Assembly (NCBI GenBank): GCA_050246315.1
Contig: JBFWWG010000002.1
Span: 128,001-192,000 of the forward strand
Length of the DNA: 64,000 nt
Source: Nitrospiraceae bacterium
Lineage (GTDB): Bacteria > Nitrospirota > Nitrospiria > Nitrospirales > Nitrospiraceae
Direction of reading: 5' to 3'
Below, piece after piece: positions 54,601 through 62,850 of the stretch. The position numbers and the translations under genes were made by a program. Under the pieces are notes generated by a model. The model saw nothing but the letters and a program-made list of their open reading frames with translations, searched no databases and was not told the DNA's origin. Each line of letters opens with the position of its first letter. The first letter of the stretch is position 1.

Positions 54601-55314
54601 GCACACGTCGGTCTGCTCGCCCCAGACCTGGGGTGATGACGGCGGTAAGTCAGCGTACCAGTCGTAAAACGACGGGATCACCCCGCCGATCAAGGAGAGA
54701 TACCGGCTACCTGCCGCAAAACTCACCATCGACATCGCGGGGATGGGAGAAAACCCCGCGATGCGGTCCGGACCGTACCGCCGGATCGTATAGACATTGG
54801 CCGCCGCGATCAGTTCCGTGACCTCGTCCCACGACGCGCGCACGAAGCCGCCCTGTCCTCGGATCGACGTGTAGTGCCCGCGTTTTTGCGCGTCCTCAAC
54901 GATCGATGTCCAGGCTTCGACCGGTGGCAGTGCTTTCCGAGCATCACGCCACAAGGCCATCAAGCGTCCTCGCACCAACGGATACTTGACGCGTTGCGCG
55001 CTGTAGACGTACCAGGAATAGCTCGCACCCCTGGGGCATCCGCGAGGTTCATGATTCGGCAGATCGGCGCGGGTCCGAGGGTAGTCCGTCTCCTGGGTCT
55101 CCCACGTGATCAAGCCGTTCTTCACGTAAATTTTCCAGCTACATGAACCGGTACAGTTGACCCCGTGCGTGGACCGCACCACCTTGTCGTGATTCCAGCG
55201 ATCACGATAGGCGTTCTCCCATGTGCGATCCTCTCGCCTGACGACCCCGTGTTTCCCTGCAAACGTCTCAAGGTTTTCACGGAAGAATAAGAGCCGGTCG
55301 AGGAAGTGACTCAC
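51613..55314 (-). CDS. narG: respiratory nitrate reductase alpha subunit (cytoplasmic NarG)
   Basis: MSHFLDRL N-terminus with no Tat signal; HGVNCTGSC..PRGC, DWYADLP, HYVGQEK, TPHQKWGIH. Confidence 0.96.
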   Translation of the reverse strand: MSHFLDRLLFFRENLETFAGKHGVVRREDRTWENAYRDRWNHDKVVRSTHGVNCTGSCSWKIYVKNGLITWETQETDYPRTRADLPNHEPRGCPRGASYSWYVYSAQRVKYPLVRGRLMALWRDARKALPPVEAWTSIVEDAQKRGHYTSIRGQGGFVRASWDEVTELIAAANVYTIRRYGPDRIAGFSPIPAMSMVSFAAGSRYLSLIGGVIPSFYDWYADLPPSSPQVWGEQTDVCEAADWYNSSYIVVWGSNIPQTRTPDAHFYTAARYKGAKTVAVAPDFAEYVKFADLWLAPRRGTDAALALALGHVILKEFHLTARSPYFLDYCRQYSDMPMLVFLRPAGDGYEPGRFVRASDFDGQLGETNNPDWKTVIVDEATGHLCAPHGSIGFRWREKGRWNLDLIDATTGRKIVPALSVLPQADEIVSVAFPYFEDDHPSIMHRLVPARRLSTVHGESLVVTAYDLLLAGYGLDRGLGDDQTSQNYDRDMPYTPAWAEKHSGVPRHQIIRLAREFAENADKTRGRSLVIVGNGINQWYHTDMVYRAIINILVMCGCVGRSGGGWAHYVGQEKVRPLAGWTTVAFALDWLRPPRHMNGTSFFYAHTDQWRYETLRPADILSPTAKDDPDADATHLIDWNIRAERRGWLPSAPQLNRNPLDVVSEAEATGTHPIAYAVEQLRSGKLAIGSEDPDHPQNFVRNLFLWRSNLVGSSAKGHEYFLKHLLGAPHGVLAPDLKEQEAPLPCEVVWQDEAATGKLDLLVTLDFRMSSTCLYSDVVLPSATWYEKDDLNTSDMHPFIHPLCEAVNPLWESKSDWEIFKEIARKFSELAGPVLGTQKDLVLTPLLHDTPSELGQPMRADDWKRGDCEAIPGKTMPTMTVVRRPYGETYDRFIRLGPLTRDLGTGAKGIVWDSREEVEALRQVNGEVSLDERESYPKLNTARQAAQAILTLAPETNGRVAVKAWDALSQRTGRSHRHLAEGRAEESFSFDDLVAQPRKVIPSPTWSGIESEKVSYTGNYTNIQELIPWRTLTGRQQLYQDHPWMRLFGEQVCAYKPPVDTRSVDALSRRRGEDEKNVLIVSWITPHQKWGIHTTYSETSPMLTLSRGGPVVWLSETEAKEVGIRDNDWIEVVNVNGALVARAILSQRIPRGVAMMYHAQDKIINMPLAPTTGRRGGIHNSVTRIVMKPTHMIGGYAHLAYGYNYYGTVGTNRDEMVVVRKLDHVTWSAGPTTG

Positions 55315-55384
55315 GCTTGACTCCTACGACACATGACTAAAGGACGGTCGACCTGGCTTACGCATGAGCAGACATTCGACGGTG

Positions 55385-55400
55385 TGCAATGACAGTACCA
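55385..55400 (-). promoter_or_regulatory. putative sigma-54 promoter of narG
   Basis: TGGTAC-TGTCA-TTGCA (GG-N10-GC), about 70 nt upstream of the start. Confidence 0.6.
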
Positions 55401-55705
55401 AGATACCGAAATCGAGAAGCGAGCGTAATTGTCACTATCAGTCGCCGCCGTTCTCTGACGAATCGATCGTTTCCGCACGGTTTGCACAGTGTGGTATGGC
55501 CGTAAAGAAGACGACTGATTACACCCCTCTTGGTCATACGCGTGCGGAGTTTCACGATGGCGAACGTGGATTCAATCGGATTGGCGCTCTGGACGGGCTT
55601 CCAGTGCGCTGCGGGAAGTCGAAGTGGAGTAGGAGGCGCGGCACGTCCGCGAGGAGCGTCTTGACAGCCTTCGGATACTTCGTCTTGTAGTCCTGGCGAA
55701 TCGTG

Positions 55706-56689
55706 TCAAAACACGAGGGTCCAGCCCTCGCGTTGAGCCTCTTCGCGCGTGTAGGCCACGCCGTGCACTTTCAAGCCCTGCGCGTCCAGCAAGGTGATGA
55801 TGCCGCCGTCGTTTCCCAATTGCACGGTTGGCGAGAGGGAAATCTGGACGGTTGCGCCGGGGTCAAGGGTGCCTCCCAGGACATGCTTGCGCTTGAGCTT
55901 GTCGGCTATGGCCCACCCGTTCAGGGTGATCCGCTGAGGGGTCGTATTCAACAGCGTGACCGTTTCGTTCTCCGGTGATGGACCGGCCGGATTGACCAGC
56001 GCGGCAATGATACGGACCGTATGATCCGGCTGTTCTCCTTCGATGCGATGACCCGTTCGGTCATCGCTGTGCCAGAGTTGTGACTGGAACTTGAGAAAGA
56101 TCGCCACCCACTGGCTGCGAGAGGGGAACTGAATCAGTACCGCGCCGTCTTGCCACACGCCATCATCGTCTCGGAAGGCATCGGAGTTCGCTTGGTTCAT
56201 GTGAATATCGTGGATGCCATTGCCCGGCTTGAAGCCGAAATACGCGTCCTTCTTCTCTGTCTCCGGCCCCCATCTCTCACCGAATACGTAGATGACCGCT
56301 TCTTCCTCCGCCATCGCTTTCAGCACGTACCGATCAAACATCTCGTTCAAGTCGTTGTCGGGTCCTGGGAGATTAAATGGAAGCGGTTTCATCCTCGTCC
56401 GATCGAAGAGGTTGCCGCGGATGAAGTCGAGGGGCAGGCCTCCAGGCCGACTCTGAAGCGAAGTGAACCCGAGCGGAAGACTCGATAATCCCGTGGTGAT
56501 GGGGTGATGGAAGGCATCATCAACGAGGTATTCCAGTTCCGACGGACTTTCCTTGGACTTGACATTCACTGCAATACGATAGTCCGAAGTCTCATCAATG
56601 AGGTGAATCTGATAGTGAGGACTGCTCCCCTGACCGAGTATTCGGCGAATGGGGCGTCCCTTCAACACGCCATAGCGCTTCAGCGGCAT
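55706..56689 (-). CDS. YukJ/DUF2278 domain protein with a C-terminal lamin-tail-like domain
   Basis: YGVLKG, PHY, RIAVNV, LDFIR, GIHDIHMNQ, WQDG; then ALVNPAG..ETVTLLN..LGNDGG. Confidence 0.85.
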   Translation of the reverse strand: MPLKRYGVLKGRPIRRILGQGSSPHYQIHLIDETSDYRIAVNVKSKESPSELEYLVDDAFHHPITTGLSSLPLGFTSLQSRPGGLPLDFIRGNLFDRTRMKPLPFNLPGPDNDLNEMFDRYVLKAMAEEEAVIYVFGERWGPETEKKDAYFGFKPGNGIHDIHMNQANSDAFRDDDGVWQDGAVLIQFPSRSQWVAIFLKFQSQLWHSDDRTGHRIEGEQPDHTVRIIAALVNPAGPSPENETVTLLNTTPQRITLNGWAIADKLKRKHVLGGTLDPGATVQISLSPTVQLGNDGGIITLLDAQGLKVHGVAYTREEAQREGWTLVF

Positions 56690-56783
56690 ACGTGTCTCCT
56701 TTGCCCCGAGGCCACGCCAGCAACGTAGCCCCTCCCGTATTTCATCCTACGAACCCTATGTCTTCCTCTCATGGAGTGCATGA

Positions 56784-56799
56784 AGCAAGGGGCGTGCCT
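56784..56799 (-). promoter_or_regulatory. putative sigma-54 promoter of the DUF2278 gene
   Basis: AGGCACG-CCCC-TTGCT. Confidence 0.55.
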
Positions 56800-57092
56800 T
56801 CCTGATTCGGACCTGGCTTCAATTGTTTCAAATAGATCAGTCGAGGACAGTGACCCTGCCGGCGGCTGCTGACGCACCCGAAAGGATACAGGCGTATCTA
56901 TCTCGATACTGATCAATTCTTCACGGGCGACAGAGGTCAAAGAAGAAGGTTCCCGGCATCTTTCCTACTGTCCTACATGGCGACCCCAAGACATACCTTG
57001 GCTCAAGCGGTGATGCCTGATTAGATAGGCGTAGATGAACTTTGAGCGATCGGTTAATCCCAAGCTCGCGAATATGTACAACCGGTAGTTGG

Positions 57093-58556
57093 TCATGCGA
57101 TACGGATGACGGGTTCGATGTGGCTGCTCGAACGCTTGACTACTTGTCTCAGGAGCTCCAGGTCGTTCTGGATGGATCGGAACAGGCCAATCGCAAGCAC
57201 AAAACCCCCAAGCCCGCCTAGGCCGAGCATGCCCAGCAAGGTTGAATGTCTCGTCGAGCCGGCTAGCGGGCTGAGCGTGAGCCCCAGCGTGATCGCCAGC
57301 ATCGGCAGCACGCCGGCGAGCAGCAGATAACGCCATATCCAGCGGCGCAGCCGTTCGAGCGCGGCTCCATCCTGCGAGGTGGTCGAGCCGGGTCGGACCA
57401 GAGGCAAGTAGAGCACGCGTGTGCACAGCCATGTCACGCCGAGGAACGGGTAAGTCGCTGCAATCATGCCGCAGATGGCCAGCGAGGCGATGAAATAGAC
57501 GTAGTTGCGCGGTTCCAATACACCGATCATCAACGGATACACAGGACCCAGTATGACCCAAAGGGTGCTCCCGATGATTGCGGCGAAGTGGCCGAGCTTC
57601 AGGCACCGCTCGCGCGTGAATCCCAGCGTAGCCACGGGCACCACCGCATCTCTTCGCAACTGCCGCAGCACACGAGCCACCGGCCAGGCCAGCCACACGA
57701 ACAGCCCCAATCCCACCGGAAAGCTGACACCGTTGCAGATCAGCGCGGCGCTCTGAAAGAGGCGTTCCACCTGCGCCATCCCCCGTTCCTGCATCGGGAG
57801 GACGATCACCTGCCAGTTATAAATGAAGTTAAACCAGGCTGCCAGGATATTGGGCAGGGAGGCAACGAACAACATGGCCAAAATCGGAAAACGGGAGGTC
57901 GCATGGCGCCAGCCACGTGGTGCCGGGCCGAGTCCTTCGGCCGCTTGAGTCAATTCCCGCAGCGGCTGCATGCGCTCGATCACGTCCCGATAATTGGGCC
58001 GGATCGACTCGATCGCCTCGAAGCGGTGAAGCGCGTCCTCCCATTGCCCCATAGACTGTACAGTCAGCGCCTCCGCATACCACCGTGACAGCTTCGGTTC
58101 GTCCGTCACGTGTTCAATGGCCTGGAAGAGTCTATCGACATCTTCGTCCCAACGTACATGAGAAAGCGGTACTCCCTGCAATCGTGCGAGCGGTCTCAGG
58201 TCAACTGGGAGGTCATCCTCGGAGGGCATTGTCGCGCCCTCTATCAAAACAGGTATGGTGGGGATGCTGTGTCCAAGAGCGTGGGCGATCTCGAGACGCA
58301 CGAAATCGTTCGGAACGTCAAGTCGGCGCTGACTGAAACGGTCAGTCACCGTGAGCCATTTTGGTCCTATGATGACAAGCAGCACCTCGCAATTGGTGAG
58401 GGCGTTTTCGATAATGCTCGTGAAGTCACTGCCTGCTTCAATGTCCTCCACGTCCAGGAAAACTTGCCGGTCACCGAACTTGTGTTTCATCTCGCTCCGC
58501 AGAGCTCGAACAAAGCCGGGGTTATCGCGCCTGTAGCTGATAAAGATGTGTCCCAT
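57093..58556 (-). CDS. TIR-domain protein with a TPR-like linker and multi-pass membrane domain
   Basis: IFISYRR..VFLD..DFVRLEIAHAL; YAEA..GQWEDA..F..PNYRDV; about 6 hydrophobic segments. Confidence 0.85.
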   Translation of the reverse strand: MGHIFISYRRDNPGFVRALRSEMKHKFGDRQVFLDVEDIEAGSDFTSIIENALTNCEVLLVIIGPKWLTVTDRFSQRRLDVPNDFVRLEIAHALGHSIPTIPVLIEGATMPSEDDLPVDLRPLARLQGVPLSHVRWDEDVDRLFQAIEHVTDEPKLSRWYAEALTVQSMGQWEDALHRFEAIESIRPNYRDVIERMQPLRELTQAAEGLGPAPRGWRHATSRFPILAMLFVASLPNILAAWFNFIYNWQVIVLPMQERGMAQVERLFQSAALICNGVSFPVGLGLFVWLAWPVARVLRQLRRDAVVPVATLGFTRERCLKLGHFAAIIGSTLWVILGPVYPLMIGVLEPRNYVYFIASLAICGMIAATYPFLGVTWLCTRVLYLPLVRPGSTTSQDGAALERLRRWIWRYLLLAGVLPMLAITLGLTLSPLAGSTRHSTLLGMLGLGGLGGFVLAIGLFRSIQNDLELLRQVVKRSSSHIEPVIRIA

Positions 58557-58666
58557 GGCTGCGTGCTTGTGGAGTCAGACCCCTGAGCCAAAGGCTGGAA
58601 GTATCGTCTGCTGATGCCGCTGACGGCACAAATGAGCAGTTTAGTTTATGTTGTTCTTACTATCGT

Positions 58667-58682
58667 CGCAACTCCTGCGCCG
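58667..58682 (-). promoter_or_regulatory. putative sigma-54 promoter of the TIR gene
   Basis: CGGCGCA-GGAG-TTGCG followed by an AT-rich tract. Confidence 0.4.
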
Positions 58683-58885
58683 GTCAATCCCACTGCGAAA
58701 CCGTCTCCACCGTGGCTCGTGCCCGATTGCCGTCATCAAGAGGGTTCGGGGGAGATCAAGAAAGGGATCCTGACCGCTTTCCCAGGCTGCCCGCTTCGCC
58801 TCGGCTCGATTCCGAGCCCCTGTTCTGTCACGGAATATCTAAGGGTCAGTGGGAAGAATTAGACGGAGAAGGTTCTTGGTGTGAC

Positions 58886-59701
58886 TTAGCCGACCGCCGC
58901 AGGGTTCAGCATCGCCTGCTTGAGAGAGGAAACAAACGTTCCAACCGAGGCCACGAGGCTGGGATCCTGTTGGTGTGTCGCAATCTGCTTGACGATCGCG
59001 CTTCCGACGATGACCCCATCGGCCACGGCCGCAATGCGCGCCGCATCCTGAGGAGTAGCCACACCGAACCCGACGGAGATCGGCACGCGGGTGAGCTTTC
59101 GAATCCGCTTCACATTCTCCTCGACATTGGTCAAATCGGTCAGCTTGGCGCCGGTGATGCCGGTCAGCGAGACATAGTAGATGAAGCCCTTGGAGGCTTT
59201 GCCCACCGAGGCCCGCCTCGACGGAGTGCTGGTCGGAGCCAAGAGAAAGATCACGTCGAGGCCTGCTTGCTCGGCCCGGTCCTTCACGGGTCCGGATTCC
59301 TCCAGAGGCATATCCGGAACGATCAACCCGTCCACCCCCGCCTGAACCGCGTCTCGGCAAAACTCCTGCTCGCCGTAGGCATGGATCGTATTGTAGTAGG
59401 CCATCAGGACAAGGGGTATTTGAGTCTGCCGCCGCAGGCCGGCGACCATCGTCAGGATGCGCCTCAACGACGTCCCGCACCGTAGCGCGCGCTCGGCCGC
59501 CTGTTGGATCACGGATCCATCCGCAATCGGGTCCGAGAACGGGACACCAAGCTCGATGACATCGGCGCCGGATCGCTCCAACCCCAACACGAGTTGCTCC
59601 GTGTCTGGAAGCGAAGGATCTCCGGCCATCAAATAGGCGATGAGGGCCTTCTCCCCTCGCTGCTTCAACTCCTCGAACCGAAGATCCAGACGGTTCGTCA
59701 C
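58886..59701 (-). CDS. trpA: tryptophan synthase alpha
   Basis: [29 protein letters not shown]. Confidence 0.97.
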   Translation of the reverse strand: MTNRLDLRFEELKQRGEKALIAYLMAGDPSLPDTEQLVLGLERSGADVIELGVPFSDPIADGSVIQQAAERALRCGTSLRRILTMVAGLRRQTQIPLVLMAYYNTIHAYGEQEFCRDAVQAGVDGLIVPDMPLEESGPVKDRAEQAGLDVIFLLAPTSTPSRRASVGKASKGFIYYVSLTGITGAKLTDLTNVEENVKRIRKLTRVPISVGFGVATPQDAARIAAVADGVIVGSAIVKQIATHQQDPSLVASVGTFVSSLKQAMLNPAAVG

Positions 59702-60891
59702 AGCGTCACCCCCCGCAAGCGAGCCACCTGTTGCACATCCTTGTCGCCACGACCGGAGAGATTCACGATCACGATCTGGTTTTTTTTCAGGTTCGGCGCC
59801 ACCTTCATGGCTTCGGCTAGGGCGTGGGCGCTTTCCAGCGCCGGCACGATACCCTCCTCGTGGGCCAGAACGTCGAACGCCGCCAAGGCTTCCTCATCCG
59901 TCGCCGAGGTATATTGGACACGCTGCGCATCGTGATAGAAGGCATGTTCGGGTCCCACTGCCGCATAGTCCAATCCGGCGGAGACCGAATGAGTCAAATT
60001 GATCTGCCCGTTCTCATCCTGCAGGAGGTAGGTCATGGTCCCCTGCAAGACGCCCGGTTTGCCGCCCGAGAATCGCGCCGCATGTTTGCCGCTGGAAAGC
60101 CCTTCTCCTCCGGCCTCCACACCGATCATCTTGACGCGACGGTCGCCGAGAAAGGAATGGAAGAGCCCGATCGAATTGCTCCCCCCTCCCACACAGGCGA
60201 TTAAATAGTCCGGCAAGCGTCTCTCGACGGCCAGAATCTGCCTTCTCGCCTCCCGGCCGATCACCGTCTGAAAATCACGGATCATCATCGGATAGGGATG
60301 CGCACCCAAGACCGATCCGAGAATGTAATGGGTATTCCGCACATTGGTGGTCCAATCCCTCATGGCCTCACTGATGGCGTCCTTCAGCGTCCGGCTACCT
60401 GTGTCTACGCCGGTCACTGTGGCGCCGAGGAGGCGCATCCTGAAGACATTCAGCGCCTGCCGCTGCATGTCCTCCGTTCCCATATAGATTTCGCATTGGA
60501 GCCCGAACATGGCTGCCACCGTTGCCGTAGCCACCCCGTGTTGGCCGGCCCCGGTTTCGGCGATGACTCGCGGCTTCTTCATCCGCTTGGCCAGCAATCC
60601 CTGGCCGATCGCATTGTTGATCTTGTGCGCGCCCGTATGACAGAGATCCTCCCGCTTCAGGTAGATCTTGGCCCCGCCCAATTTTTTCGTGAGCCGACCA
60701 GCATAATAAAGCGGCGTCGGACGCCCGACATAGTCCTTGAGATACTGTTGGAATTCCGCTTGAAAGCGCCGGTCGCGCTTGGCCCGTTCATACTCGGCAT
60801 TGAGCTCCAGCAAGGCCGGCATGAGCGTCTCGGGTACGTACCGTCCGCCGTAGGGTCCGAACCGACCGCGGGTATCAGGTAAGATTGGCAT
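59698..60891 (-). CDS. trpB: tryptophan synthase beta
   Basis: [33 protein letters not shown]. Confidence 0.98.
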   Translation of the reverse strand: MPILPDTRGRFGPYGGRYVPETLMPALLELNAEYERAKRDRRFQAEFQQYLKDYVGRPTPLYYAGRLTKKLGGAKIYLKREDLCHTGAHKINNAIGQGLLAKRMKKPRVIAETGAGQHGVATATVAAMFGLQCEIYMGTEDMQRQALNVFRMRLLGATVTGVDTGSRTLKDAISEAMRDWTTNVRNTHYILGSVLGAHPYPMMIRDFQTVIGREARRQILAVERRLPDYLIACVGGGSNSIGLFHSFLGDRRVKMIGVEAGGEGLSSGKHAARFSGGKPGVLQGTMTYLLQDENGQINLTHSVSAGLDYAAVGPEHAFYHDAQRVQYTSATDEEALAAFDVLAHEEGIVPALESAHALAEAMKVAPNLKKNQIVIVNLSGRGDKDVQQVARLRGVTL

Positions 60892-60934
60892 GGATTTTCT
60901 CATTCGGATTCAGAGGAGAGTATAGCCACGCCTC

Positions 60935-61570
60935 TTAAACGGATACAAGCCTCGCCGCCTGCACGAAAGCTCGCAGGCGCGCATGATCCTTTTTCCCCGG
61001 TGACGATTCGACTCCGCTGCTGACATCCACCCCATAGGGCCGGACCGCCGTGATCGCGTCCGCCACATTCTCCGGCGTCAGACCGCCCGCCAACAGGATT
61101 CTACAGGTTGTAGCGATCTCCGCCGCCAGACTCCAGTCGGCAAGGGTACCGGTCCCGCCGTAGGCGTGATCCGAACAGGCATCGAGCACAAAGCCCCGCA
61201 CTCCGGCTCGGCCCTGATATTCTGCGACGGCCAGAGCGGAAACCCGATCCTTCACGCGGAGCGCCTTCAGGAGCGGTCGGCCCACCTGTTCGCAATAGGC
61301 ACTCGACTCGTCGCCGTGAAGCTGCGCCATCGCGAGGCCGCATGCATCCAACGTGTCGCGCACCCTCTCCACGCTTTCGTTGACGAACACGCCGACGGGC
61401 AAGACAAACGGAGGCAAGGCCTTGACGATCGCGCCCGCCGTATGAGGATCGATATAGCGAGGACTCTTGCGGTAGAACAGGAAGCCGACCGCGTCAGCCC
61501 CGGCCTCGACTGCAGCCAGCGCGTCGTCAAGATTGGTCAGGCCGCAAATTTTGACCTTGATGCGTTCCAT
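60935..61570 (-). CDS. trpF: phosphoribosylanthranilate isomerase
   Basis: KICG, QLHG, GGTG, LAGGL, DVSSGVE. Confidence 0.96.
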   Translation of the reverse strand: MERIKVKICGLTNLDDALAAVEAGADAVGFLFYRKSPRYIDPHTAGAIVKALPPFVLPVGVFVNESVERVRDTLDACGLAMAQLHGDESSAYCEQVGRPLLKALRVKDRVSALAVAEYQGRAGVRGFVLDACSDHAYGGTGTLADWSLAAEIATTCRILLAGGLTPENVADAITAVRPYGVDVSSGVESSPGKKDHARLRAFVQAARLVSV

Positions 61571-61676
61571 CAGAATCTAGTCCACATTATTCATGGCACT
61601 TCGTGACGTTTCACCCGTTGCAATTTCAGAGCAACGGGTACCCGAAGACGCCCGCGGCGATTGCTCAGAATATCGG

Positions 61677-62003
61677 TCAGGGCGCACACACGGCCTTGCT
61701 GCGATGTTGGCCGTAGAAATCCCGGTACTCCCACTGGCAGGCCAACCCGTTTTGATCGAACGTGATGGTCATGTTTTCCGTTCGGCCGCCCTCCCCCTGC
61801 TGACTCCATTCGCAGACCTCGGTCCCGTTCTGGAACGCATAGCAGCGCGTCGGCAAGCCCAACTCGCGAACCCGGTCGTCCTTGTGGGCTCCCAGCCACT
61901 TGTCCCATTTGGCGCTGGCCTCCTTGACCTCGCCTCCGGCACAGCCAAGCAGGAGCACCGCCGTCATGGCGCTCATCGTAAACGTGACTGCGTGTCGTGT
62001 CAT
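61677..62003 (-). CDS. small Cys-containing lipoprotein inside the trp operon
   Basis: Lipobox LLGC; AAAGGAG RBS; four further Cys. Confidence 0.7.
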   Translation of the reverse strand: MTRHAVTFTMSAMTAVLLLGCAGGEVKEASAKWDKWLGAHKDDRVRELGLPTRCYAFQNGTEVCEWSQQGEGGRTENMTITFDQNGLACQWEYRDFYGQHRSKAVCAP

Positions 62004-62025
62004 GCCCGCATCGCTCCTTTCCCCG

Positions 62026-62850
62026 TCAGACACTCTGCGATGGTCCGTCCACCCCCAACAGTTCCTTCACCTTGGCGTCGGTGTCGTCCGCCCGGATCAA
62101 AGATTCTCCCACCAGCATCGCATGCACCCCGGCTTCAACCAGGCGCAGAACGTCGTCGCGCTTGTGGATGCCGCTCTCGCTGACGATGAGCTTGCCGGAC
62201 GGAATGCGCTTCGCCAGACGGTAGGTGACGGCCAAGTCGGTCGCAAAAGTTCGGAGGTCCCGGTTGTTGATGCCGATCAACCTGGCGGCCGGAATCCATT
62301 CCAGAACCGTATCCAATTCCCGCTCGTGATGGGTTTCGAACAGAACATCCATGCTCAGCTCGCCGGCGAGCTCGTGAAAGTCGATGAGCTGTTGCCGGTC
62401 GAGCGCCGCGACGATCAGGAGCACCGCATCAGCCCCATAGGCGCGTGCCTCGAAAAATTGCACGTCACCGACCATGAACTCTTTGTTCAACGCCGGAAGT
62501 CGGACCTTCTCTTTGACGGACCGGAGATCGTTCAAGCTGCCTTGAAAGAACTCCTGGTCGGTCAAGACAGAGAGGCCGGCGGCACCGCTGCGCCGATACG
62601 CCTCCGCGAGCGCGGCCGGATCAAAAGTCTCCTCGAATTCCGGTCTGAGAAGTCCGAGACTCGGCGAGGCCTTTTTCACCTCTGCGATTAAAGCGGGGCT
62701 TGCCGCGGTGTGTCTAGCCCTTAACGTGTCGACGAAACCGAGAGGGGGGACGGCATCGCGGATTTTTGCCTTCAGCTCGGACAGGTAGCCGCGGCTCTGT
62801 TTATGTCGAAGCTGCGCTCGCTTGTGCTCCAGAATCCGATCGAGAATCAT
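62026..62850 (-). CDS. trpC: indole-3-glycerol phosphate synthase
   Basis: IAEVKKASPS, SVLTD, GINNRDL, SESGI, LVGE. Confidence 0.96.
   Translation of the reverse strand: MILDRILEHKRAQLRHKQSRGYLSELKAKIRDAVPPLGFVDTLRARHTAASPALIAEVKKASPSLGLLRPEFEETFDPAALAEAYRRSGAAGLSVLTDQEFFQGSLNDLRSVKEKVRLPALNKEFMVGDVQFFEARAYGADAVLLIVAALDRQQLIDFHELAGELSMDVLFETHHERELDTVLEWIPAARLIGINNRDLRTFATDLAVTYRLAKRIPSGKLIVSESGIHKRDDVLRLVEAGVHAMLVGESLIRADDTDAKVKELLGVDGPSQSV

Noticed and set aside
51613..55314. Nitrite oxidoreductase NxrA
   Set aside because: No Tat signal; the N-terminus and narJ/narI context match respiratory NarG. A tree is needed for certainty.
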